A stretch of DNA of 61,698 nucleotides, from positions 1 to 61,698 of the forward strand of contig JANPBJ010000183.1 of assembly GCA_031430375.1 (NCBI GenBank). The letters are read 5' to 3'. Below are positions 37,928 through 45,824 of this stretch, one piece after another (positions within the stretch are counted from its first letter, which is position 1; every line of letters begins with the position of its first letter). The translations under genes were made by a program, and so were the position numbers. The notes under the pieces are model-generated. The model was not told where the DNA came from. It searched no databases and was given only the letters and a program-made list of their open reading frames with translations. The DNA is from Acidimicrobiia bacterium. GTDB taxonomy: Bacteria > Actinomycetota > Acidimicrobiia > IMCC26256 > JAENVU01.

Positions 37928-38258
37928 ATGCTCGACGCCGTGCACTCCGCCTGGATCCAGGGACTACAAACCGAGGCGCTCATGCACGAGGGCGAGCAAG
38001 TCTCGATTCTCGTCGCCGCGGTCAGACGGCCCGCGTGGATGCGAGACGCAAGGTGCCGAGAACCCGATGCCGCGCTCGCAGACTTCTTCCCGTCGCCGGG
38101 TCAGTCAACATCGAAAGCCCGAGCCCTCGGCTCGACTTGTCTGGTCCGCGTCGAATGTGGTGAGTATGCGACCGCTGGTCCCGAGCAGGGCATTTGGGGA
38201 GGCCGCTACCGGCCAGGAACGTCGCAACGGCGCGCGGCAGGCCTTGCGGACCGCGTAA
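37928..38258 (+). pseudogene. whiB: Degenerate WhiB-family regulator
   Basis: PAWMRDARC, FFP, C-LVRVEC and GIWGG are present. The second Cys codon reads GGC. A frameshift near 38204 moves the basic tail (ATGQERRNGARQALRTA*) to another frame. Confidence 0.75.
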
Positions 38259-38266
38259 CAGCGGGG

Positions 38267-38380
38267 CTATTCGGTGCGCCGTCGTCGGCGCATGAACCAC
38301 AGGCCCGCGCCGATGGCGAGGATGCATCCTGCGACGCCGACGAACCACAGGATTCCAACCAACGTGCCGCGTGTGCTCAT
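38267..38380 (-). CDS. 37-aa single-TM peptide (below the ORF-track cutoff)
   Basis: Own translation: MSTRGTLVGILWFVGVAGCILAIGAGLWFMRRRRRTE*. TAGCGT -10-like hexamer just upstream of the ATG. Confidence 0.5.
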   Translation of the reverse strand: MSTRGTLVGILWFVGVAGCILAIGAGLWFMRRRRRTE

Positions 38381-38590
38381 GGGCCGACGCTACCTATCGG
38401 GCGCTGCGGTTCCAACTGCAATCGGCACGGCGCGGGCCCGGTGGCGGTGGCCCGACCGCGGGACCCGGTGGACGTTGGACGCGAGCGGACAGGTCAACGA
38501 GGAGTAAGGCGCGCGCTCGGATTCTTGTGGGCCAAATGTGTACCGAGCGGTCCAGCCACTCAAGTAAGGCCCGGAAACATTGGGTGCGGT

Positions 38591-38944
38591 GGTGAGTCGG
38601 CCTGTACGCCGGATTCTGTCGTGGATGGTCATCCATCTCGGTCGACGGTTACCCGCCGACTCTTGCGGTCTACCCGGGAGTTGGACGGGCCGCCCGCTCC
38701 CTGTCTGACCTTGCTCCAAGTGGGGTTTACCTAGCCGTCCGAGTCACCTCGGACGCTGGTGCGCTCTTACCGCACCGTTGCACCCTTACCTGTGCGGAGC
38801 AGCCGCTCCGCCATCGGCGGTCTATTTTCTGTGGCACTGTCCTGCGGGTCGCCCCGACTGGGTGTTACCCAGCACCTTGCCCTGTGGAGTCCGGACGTTC
38901 CTCGGACGGGTCAAGCCCGTACGCGACCACCCAGCCGGCTCACC
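38591..38944 (-). ncRNA. rnpB: RNase P RNA, bacterial type A
   Basis: Minus strand carries GAGGAACGTCCGGACTC, AGTGCCACAGAAAA, GGGTGCAACGG, GGTAAACCCCAC..GAGCAAG and ACAGAATCCGGCGTA. The 5' and 3' ends pair as P1. Confidence 0.97.
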
Positions 38945-39026
38945 ACCGCACCCAGAGTGTGGCACGTCCCCGGCCGCACAGCCGGACCAGTGGCGACCAA
39001 CCCGATGGTCGGCAGGCCAGTTTCGG

Positions 39027-39491
39027 TCAGGCCTCGGAGGTGTCCGGGGCCTCGGCCGGTGGAGCAGCGGTCTTCGACCTCCGCATACTGAGGTAGCCGC
39101 CGATCGCGCCGAAGAGCGCGGCGAAGACGAGTTGTCCGAGAATCCGGGCGGGGGTGAGGACCGGATCGCGGCCACCGAAGAGTGGTTGACCGGAGTCGCG
39201 CAGGATCCAAATCGCGATGCGGATCGGGATCCAGAGCAGGAACGCTCCGACGGCGGCGACGATCCCATTGGACAGTGGGGTGTCGAGTGCCATGCGAGCT
39301 GCCGCATACCCGGCGATGCCGTAGATCACGAACAACGCAAGCGCGAACAGGGGTGCCCAACCGCTGTTGTCGAAGTCGTTCACATTCCGGTCGATCAGGA
39401 CTCTCGCGGCCGAGACTGGCACGAACAGAACGAGCCCGACCGATGCCCCGCGGCTGATGGCGGACCGGTCGAGGACTCTCATGAAGTTCAC
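39027..39491 (-). CDS. Four-TM membrane protein (TIGR04086-like)
   Basis: Hydrophobic helices, PLSNG, FGAIGG. ATGA coupling to the antiporter gene. Confidence 0.7.
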   Translation of the reverse strand: MNFMRVLDRSAISRGASVGLVLFVPVSAARVLIDRNVNDFDNSGWAPLFALALFVIYGIAGYAAARMALDTPLSNGIVAAVGAFLLWIPIRIAIWILRDSGQPLFGGRDPVLTPARILGQLVFAALFGAIGGYLSMRRSKTAAPPAEAPDTSEA

Positions 39492-40789
39492 GAGGCCGAA
39501 GCCGCCGAAGCGGGCTCGTTCTCACCGTGCACCAGATCAGCGACGGGGGTGCGGAACCCATCTCGAGCGAGTTGGACGACCGCTCGCCGTTCGCGGAAGA
39601 TGATCCCGGCGGCCAGCACCAGGTACAGGACTCCGACCGCGATCTTCTCGAGTTCCCGAATGCTCTCCGGCAGCACCGCACCGAGCACGAACTGCGACAT
39701 GAAGAGCCCGAGGAGAGCGAACGCTTCCCGGACCGAGATCGATCGGTTCGCGAGGATCGCCACCGCGAACGCAGACTGCGCCGCGGTGAGAAATAGCTCT
39801 TCCCGTTGCAGAGAGGCGATCGGGAGGCCGTGGAGCGAGCTAGATGAGATCGCGAACACGATCGGCAACGACCCGACCAACAGCGTCCACTGGTTCACCT
39901 TGGAAGACACGAGTGCGCCGAGCCCCGCCTCAGTATTGAGCCGCCACGCGAACAGGCCGGCCACGAGCAGCTCGGGCGCTTCCGAGGCGAGCGGAGCGAG
40001 CCACTGCACGAGGAGGAACTTGGAGATTCCGAACTCCGTCCCGGTCTCGACCAACGCCTCGGCGAATCCTTCGGCGCACGCGAGAATGACTCCGGCCGCG
40101 AACGCGAGCAGGGATCCGATCACCACTCGCCGCCGAGCATCCGGAAGCGAACCGATGAGCTCCGCCGGGCCCACCAAGTGCGGCTCTTCCGCCGGGGCCC
40201 GCGCGATACGCACCATGTACGCGATGAACAGGCTGATGAGCACCACAGCATCGACCAGGCTGATCGTGCGCTTGAACGGAAGCGAGAGTGAGTAGATGGT
40301 CGCGACCGCGAGGAACGCGATCTCGATCGAGTGAGAGCGAGTGAGGTTCACTTCATCGTCGAGCGGGCCCTCGTAACCGTCCACCTTCGCGATGCGACGC
40401 ATCCGCCATGCTGCGAGCAGCACGACCATCGACCATCCGATGCCGATGAGCAGGCGGTTCGCACCCGTCATATTCGCCAGTGCGAGTGGTGCGAATTCCT
40501 CGGGATCCTTCCCGGCCTTCCAGGTGAAGACAAAGTCCACCGCGTATTCCGGGAGGACCGCGATCAGTGCCAACACCGCGAGGGCCAGACCCTGGGAGAC
40601 ATCGATCTGGAGCGCCTCGGCTGCCCACGCGAGGAGAAAGGCCGAGCCCACCACGGCGAGGCCGAACAGTGATGCGGCGATCCATGGGGTCACGTGGCTG
40701 GCCGAGAACCGCAGGTACAGACCGGGAACCGTCATGGCGGCTGCAATCGCCATCGCGGCGAGCTGCCCACGGACTTTCGGAGCTTCCAT
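39488..40789 (-). CDS. Ca2+/cation (CaCA) antiporter family protein
   Basis: Alpha-1 repeat AVLPEYA..ANMTGAN and alpha-2 repeat ASEAPE..SSKVNQ; about 11 TM helices. Confidence 0.88.
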   Translation of the reverse strand: MEAPKVRGQLAAMAIAAAMTVPGLYLRFSASHVTPWIAASLFGLAVVGSAFLLAWAAEALQIDVSQGLALAVLALIAVLPEYAVDFVFTWKAGKDPEEFAPLALANMTGANRLLIGIGWSMVVLLAAWRMRRIAKVDGYEGPLDDEVNLTRSHSIEIAFLAVATIYSLSLPFKRTISLVDAVVLISLFIAYMVRIARAPAEEPHLVGPAELIGSLPDARRRVVIGSLLAFAAGVILACAEGFAEALVETGTEFGISKFLLVQWLAPLASEAPELLVAGLFAWRLNTEAGLGALVSSKVNQWTLLVGSLPIVFAISSSSLHGLPIASLQREELFLTAAQSAFAVAILANRSISVREAFALLGLFMSQFVLGAVLPESIRELEKIAVGVLYLVLAAGIIFRERRAVVQLARDGFRTPVADLVHGENEPASAASAS

Positions 40790-40910
40790 CGGGTCGATCC
40801 TACGGCCCGATCTCGGTGATTCAGAGCTGGGCGCCACACTCAGGACTCAGGTCCAGAGGAATACGCGCCGAAGAGACGCCGTTGACGGGACCATAGAACC
40901 GAGGCCTCCG

Positions 40911-41177
40911 ATGATTGCCATCACCCGAATCTCACCCACCTCCACCTGGCGGGACCACGCGCTCTGCCGTGGGGTTGACCCCGGGGTCTTCCATCCGATC
41001 GACGAGGAAGAGGACGAGCGGGCCTCGGCCAGCGCCAAAGCGATTTGTGCCCAGTGTCCGGTGCGTGAGGTGTGCCTCGAGCATGCGATCGCGGTGCGCG
41101 AGAAGCACGGAGTCTGGGGTGGACTCAGTTCTCGAGAACGACGCCGGTTGATCCGCCGCCGTCGTCGCACTGCCTGA
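40911..41177 (+). CDS. whiB: WhiB-family Fe-S transcriptional regulator (intact)
   Basis: W...ALC, CAQCPVREVC, GVWGG and a basic C-terminal helix. Confidence 0.93.
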   Translation: MIAITRISPTSTWRDHALCRGVDPGVFHPIDEEEDERASASAKAICAQCPVREVCLEHAIAVREKHGVWGGLSSRERRRLIRRRRRTA

Positions 41178-41287
41178 ACCACCTATTCCCCGGCGCCGCG
41201 GCCGCGCCGCAGCCCCATCGGGTGACGGTCCCTGAACGAGGATCCCCAACCGACGGTCTCTCAACAACGTCTCCTAGGGTCGTCGGA

Positions 41288-42772
41288 ATGCGACGACCGC
41301 TGACTCTCGGTGTCTTGGGCGTCGGTGTTGGGGCGGTCGTTGCCGTGGTGGCTCGTCGAGCGCGACGACCCGATCAGTCGAAAGGTCCGATCGTCTCGGC
41401 AACGTTCAGTGGCCGCAACCTACGTCTGGCGCGGCTCGGTGCCCGCGCCGGCGGCCGCGAGGCCGCGGCTCGAGCCCGCGGGGTCTTTGCTTCGGCCGAA
41501 CGACGCGAGGCGCTCGACCGCAGTGTGGAACTCCGCCATGCCTCCGACGTTGCGCGCGAGCTCGGTGAGATGAAGGGCGCGTTGATGAAGCTCGGCCAGA
41601 TGGTCAGCTATCTCGACGAAGGGCTACCGGAACCCGTCCGAGCGGCCCTCGCCCAGTTACAACAGGACGCACCGCCGATGAGCGTGGAACTCGCGGCGCG
41701 GATGGTGGAATCCGAACTGGGTGCTCGTCCCGAGGTCGTGTTCGCGCAGTGGGATCCCGAACCCATTGCCGCCGCATCGATCGGCCAAGTTCACCGCGCG
41801 ATGACCCACGACGGCCGGGCGGTCGCGGTCAAAGTTCAGTATCCGGGAATCGCGGAAGCGGTGGAATCAGATCTGGGCAACCTTGCTCTGGTGTTCGGAG
41901 GGATCGGCCGCGCCTATCCAGGATTCGAATCCGGGCCGCTCGTGACGGAACTCCGAACGCGATTGCGCGAGGAACTCGACTACCGCCTCGAGGCCCGCCG
42001 CCAGCAACAGTTCGCGGATTACTACGCAGGCCACCCGTTCATTCATATTCCGGGCGTGCTCAGCGAGTTCAGTACTGGAAAGGTCCTGACCAGTGAGCTC
42101 GCGGTGGGCGCGCGGTTCTCCGAGGCGCAGCTGTGGTCTCAGGAACAGCGGGACTTGGCGGGGGAGGCGGTCTTCCGGTTTATTTTCCGATCGTTCTATC
42201 GCCTCCATCTGTTCAACGGCGACCCCCATCCCGGGAACTACCTCTTTCGGCCCGATGGCCGCGTCACCTTCCTCGATTTCGGATTGGTCAAGCAGTTCAC
42301 CGAGACGGAGATCGATCGCATCCGGCGCCTCATCGAGACGATCGTCTTGGATCCAGATCCGGCCCAGTTCCGGTTGGCGATGGAGGACGCAGGATTCCTC
42401 GCCCGCGGCGCGCCATTGAGTGACGCGGTGGTGGTCGAGTACTTCGGCCACTTCTATTCGCATCTGCGCGAACGTGGTCCCCACCTCATCACCTCCGAGT
42501 TCGCGAGTGAGGTCGTCCGGCGCTTCTTCGACGTGAATGGCCCCCATGGCGAGGTCATGCGCAATGCGAATGTGCCGCCCGCATTCGTGGTCGTGCAACG
42601 GGTCAACCTTGGGATGTTCGCCGTTCTGGCCCAGCTGGGTGCGACGGCCGATTGGCGGTCGATCGGTGAGGAACTCTGGCCTTGGGTGAACGGACCAGCT
42701 TCCTCACCACTCGGCGAGCAGGAAGCCGCATGGCTGGCCGATCCGAGCCGGATCTCGCAGACGCGGGATTGA
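41288..42772 (+). CDS. ABC1/AarF/UbiB-family atypical kinase
   Basis: MKLGQ, AAASIGQVHRA, VAVKVQYPG, EELDY, DPHPGN, DFG. Confidence 0.93.
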   Translation: MRRPLTLGVLGVGVGAVVAVVARRARRPDQSKGPIVSATFSGRNLRLARLGARAGGREAAARARGVFASAERREALDRSVELRHASDVARELGEMKGALMKLGQMVSYLDEGLPEPVRAALAQLQQDAPPMSVELAARMVESELGARPEVVFAQWDPEPIAAASIGQVHRAMTHDGRAVAVKVQYPGIAEAVESDLGNLALVFGGIGRAYPGFESGPLVTELRTRLREELDYRLEARRQQQFADYYAGHPFIHIPGVLSEFSTGKVLTSELAVGARFSEAQLWSQEQRDLAGEAVFRFIFRSFYRLHLFNGDPHPGNYLFRPDGRVTFLDFGLVKQFTETEIDRIRRLIETIVLDPDPAQFRLAMEDAGFLARGAPLSDAVVVEYFGHFYSHLRERGPHLITSEFASEVVRRFFDVNGPHGEVMRNANVPPAFVVVQRVNLGMFAVLAQLGATADWRSIGEELWPWVNGPASSPLGEQEAAWLADPSRISQTRD

Positions 42773-42800
42773 GGTGGGCGGCCGGTAGGCTCAATTCCTC

Positions 42801-43967
42801 ATGGATTTCGACCTTTCCCCCGAACTGCTCGCGCTCCAAGCGATGGTCCGCAAGATCGCCCAGGAGAAGGTCCAGCCTCGGGCTCGCGAGATCGATCTGA
42901 GCGAGGAATATCCGCAGGACCTTTTCGAGCTCTTCGTGCAGACCGGCCTCACCGGCCTGTGTATCCCGGAGGAGTACGGCGGCTCGGGCGCCGGCATCCT
43001 CGGACTCGCAATCGCCATCGAGGAGATCGCGAAGTATTCGAACGCGGCAGCGCTGATGTTGCTCCTCACCCGCCTGCCCACGGGGGCGCTGCTCATCGCG
43101 GGAACCGAGGAGCAAAAGCACAAGTACCTCACGCCGCTTGCCAACGGTGAGCAGCGGGGCGCGTTCGGCCTTTCGGAGGCGCAAGCGGGCAGCGATGTGA
43201 TGGGAATGCGCACCCGAGCGGTGCGCGATAGAGATGCTTGGGTCCTCACTGGCACCAAGTGCTGGATGAGTGGCGTCGTCCAGGCCGATTGGTACTGCGT
43301 CTTTGCCAAGACCGGACCGGCCGATTCTCGGGCTCATGACAGCATCAGCGTCTTCATCGTGGAGCGCGGCTGGGATGGGGTCTCGGTCGGACGCACCGAT
43401 AAGAAGATGGGCGTGAAGGGCGTGGATACCGGAGAGTTGATTCTCGACGGCGTCCGGGTTCCTGATGAGAACGTGGTCGGTGAGATCGGTGGGTTCCAAC
43501 TGTGCATGCTCGGCCTCAACGCCATGCGCCCGATTGTGGCGGCGCGGGGGATCGGTCTGGCCGAAGGCGCGTTGATGTACGCGGTGGAATACGTGAAGGA
43601 ACGCGCCGCGTTCACCAAGACGATCGCCGACTTCCAAGGCATCCAATGGAAGATCGCAGAACTCGCTACCGAGATCGAGGCTGCACGGCTGCTCACCTAT
43701 CGCGCCGCATGGCTCGCCGACCAGGGCAAGTTCACCAAAGAGTGGGTGCCGTACCTCTCGATGTGTAAGTACTACGCGACCGAGCTCGCGGTGAAGGTGA
43801 GCAACCACGCGCTCCAAATGCTGGGTGCCGCGGGGTACATGCAAGATCATCCGATGGAGCTGTACTACCGCGACGCCAAGCAGCTCACGATCGTCGAAGG
43901 CACGAGCCAAGTGCAGCTGGGTCTCATCGCGCGCGGCGTGATCGATCACGACTTGTGGTGGGACTGA
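42801..43967 (+). CDS. Acyl-CoA dehydrogenase
   Basis: PEEYGG, FGLSEAQAGSD, GTKCW, KMG, FQGIQ, LGAAGY, IVEGTSQVQ. Confidence 0.95.
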   Translation: MDFDLSPELLALQAMVRKIAQEKVQPRAREIDLSEEYPQDLFELFVQTGLTGLCIPEEYGGSGAGILGLAIAIEEIAKYSNAAALMLLLTRLPTGALLIAGTEEQKHKYLTPLANGEQRGAFGLSEAQAGSDVMGMRTRAVRDRDAWVLTGTKCWMSGVVQADWYCVFAKTGPADSRAHDSISVFIVERGWDGVSVGRTDKKMGVKGVDTGELILDGVRVPDENVVGEIGGFQLCMLGLNAMRPIVAARGIGLAEGALMYAVEYVKERAAFTKTIADFQGIQWKIAELATEIEAARLLTYRAAWLADQGKFTKEWVPYLSMCKYYATELAVKVSNHALQMLGAAGYMQDHPMELYYRDAKQLTIVEGTSQVQLGLIARGVIDHDLWWD

Positions 43968-43971
43968 TCCA

Positions 43972-45039
43972 GTGACCAGTCCTGCGAGTCGTACGAGTTG
44001 GCCGGACCTCCTCTTACCGTTGATGCGACGGGAAGACCTCGATGGCGAAACCGTGGCGGGTGCGATGGCCACCATCCTCGAAGGGAATGCGACCGAGGCA
44101 CAGATCGCCGCGTTCGCCGTTGCGTTGCGCGCCAAGGGTGAGACGCCGATCGAGCTGGCGGCGCTTGTTCGTACCATGCTGCGCTACGCCGCAACCGTGG
44201 AGGTGGCGCCCGAATCCGTGGCCGGTCCCATCATCGACACCTGCGGGACGGGTGGAGATCGGTCGCACACGTTCAACATCTCCACCACCGCGGCGTTGGT
44301 TGCGGCCGGCGCGGGCGTGCGGGTGGCCAAGCACGGCAATCGGGCCGCATCTTCGGCATGCGGGTCGGCCGACGTGTTGGAAACCCTTGGTGTGGTAATC
44401 GATCTCGATGGTGTGGGCGTCGCCCGCTGCATCGCGGAGGCGGGTATCGGGTTTTGCTTTGCCCAGAAGTTCCATCCCGCGATGCGCTTCGCGGGTCCCG
44501 CCCGGAGTCAGATCGGGGTGCCCACCACGTTCAACTTTCTGGGTCCACTCGCGAACCCGACGCGAGTGAAACGCCAAGTGATCGGTGTCGGCGATCCGGG
44601 GATGGCGCACACCGTGGCTGCCACGTTGGTGGAGCTGGGAACAACCCACGCGATGGTCTTCTTCGGCCACGACGGCCTCGATGAACTCACCACGTCGGAC
44701 ACCTCAACCGTGCTCGTTGTGCGGGACGGGACCATTGCACGCTCGACGATCGAGCCCCTGGACCTCGGTTTTGCTCGGACGGGTCGAGACGATCTAATCG
44801 GTGGTGATGCCACCCGCAACGCCGCGATTCTCCGGGCGGTGCTCGACGGCGCCCCGGGTCCACATCGCGACGTCGTGTTACTCAATGCCGCCGCGGCGCT
44901 CCAAGTGGGCGATGTTGCCGACTCTTGGGCCGAAGGGGTCGCGCTCGCGGCTGCCGCCATCGACGATGGACGCGCGGCCGGAACCTTGGAGCGGTGGATC
45001 GCCGTCTCCCAAGCCGCCGCACTCGCGGGAGCGCGCTAA
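43972..45039 (+). CDS. trpD: Anthranilate phosphoribosyltransferase
   Basis: DTCGTGGD, NIST, KHGNRAASS..GSAD, FNFLGPLANP, GLDE. Confidence 0.97.
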   Translation: MTSPASRTSWPDLLLPLMRREDLDGETVAGAMATILEGNATEAQIAAFAVALRAKGETPIELAALVRTMLRYAATVEVAPESVAGPIIDTCGTGGDRSHTFNISTTAALVAAGAGVRVAKHGNRAASSACGSADVLETLGVVIDLDGVGVARCIAEAGIGFCFAQKFHPAMRFAGPARSQIGVPTTFNFLGPLANPTRVKRQVIGVGDPGMAHTVAATLVELGTTHAMVFFGHDGLDELTTSDTSTVLVVRDGTIARSTIEPLDLGFARTGRDDLIGGDATRNAAILRAVLDGAPGPHRDVVLLNAAAALQVGDVADSWAEGVALAAAAIDDGRAAGTLERWIAVSQAAALAGAR

Positions 45040-45824
45040 TGGCTACGGCGCTCCAGTGCCCCGCGTGCGGGTTCAAACACCGACTCGATTCGGTGGCCGA
45101 CACGGCCGTGTTCCCGTGCTCTCGCTGTTCGCGCCAACTCAAGCTGCCATCGCAGTACCGCGCCGGGGCGAGCGCGCCGTCGACCCCTCGGCGATCGCGC
45201 GAGTCAGGGCCCGCGACGCCGCGTGTCGGTGGAACCGCCCGAGTCGAAACCGCCCGAGTCGACAACCCCCGCGACGCGTTTGCGAGAGCTCGACCCCGCA
45301 CTGCAGCACCCGCGGCGCAGCGCGCCAAATCCCAGTCCATAGGGAACGGCATGGTCCGTTTGCCGTTGCGGATTCTGGCGTGGGTGGTTGCGTTTGTGCT
45401 CGGCGCGCTCGTGGTCGTTCAGCTGTCGCGTTGGACCGGATTTGTCGGCGGCAACGACTTCGTCGATGTCATGATCGGCGGCGACTTCTTGGTGTACATA
45501 CGGCTTGCATTGCTGATACCGGTGTGGGCGCTCTTTGCCACCGCGTTCGCCACGGCCTTCATCGAAGCGCCGGGCTGGTGGAGTCGGCGGAACTTTGTAG
45601 GGGTTCCCGGGGTCTCGGCGAAGTCGGCTGTGATCCCTCCCGCGCCACGAAGGCAATCGGCCGCCCTTGGGTCGAAGCGCGCCGCGCCCGCCGAGCCGGA
45701 CCCCGTAGTGCCCACCCGTCGAGTCGTGCCGCGCCCGCCGCCGGCCGCAGGTCCCGAAGCCGAGGCGGCCACGGAGTCAGCTCAACGACCTCGGCGAATC
45801 CCGCGGCGCGAGGCAGGCTCGTAA
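45039..45824 (+). CDS. Hypothetical protein: N-terminal Zn ribbon, disordered linker, two TM helices
   Basis: CPAC...CSRC at the N-terminus, hydrophobic pair in the middle, TAATG coupling to trpD. Confidence 0.7.
   Translation: MATALQCPACGFKHRLDSVADTAVFPCSRCSRQLKLPSQYRAGASAPSTPRRSRESGPATPRVGGTARVETARVDNPRDAFARARPRTAAPAAQRAKSQSIGNGMVRLPLRILAWVVAFVLGALVVVQLSRWTGFVGGNDFVDVMIGGDFLVYIRLALLIPVWALFATAFATAFIEAPGWWSRRNFVGVPGVSAKSAVIPPAPRRQSAALGSKRAAPAEPDPVVPTRRVVPRPPPAAGPEAEAATESAQRPRRIPRREAGS

Noticed and set aside
37718-40295. Long ORFs 37718-38734 and 38778-40295
   Set aside because: They are readthrough of the frameshifted WhiB and antisense shadows across rnpB and the antiporter operon.
40911-41177. 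WhiB7/WblC, because it lies next to an ABC1 kinase
   Set aside because: It has no C-terminal AT-hook (GRP) and no evident uORF leader, so it is called only as WhiB family.
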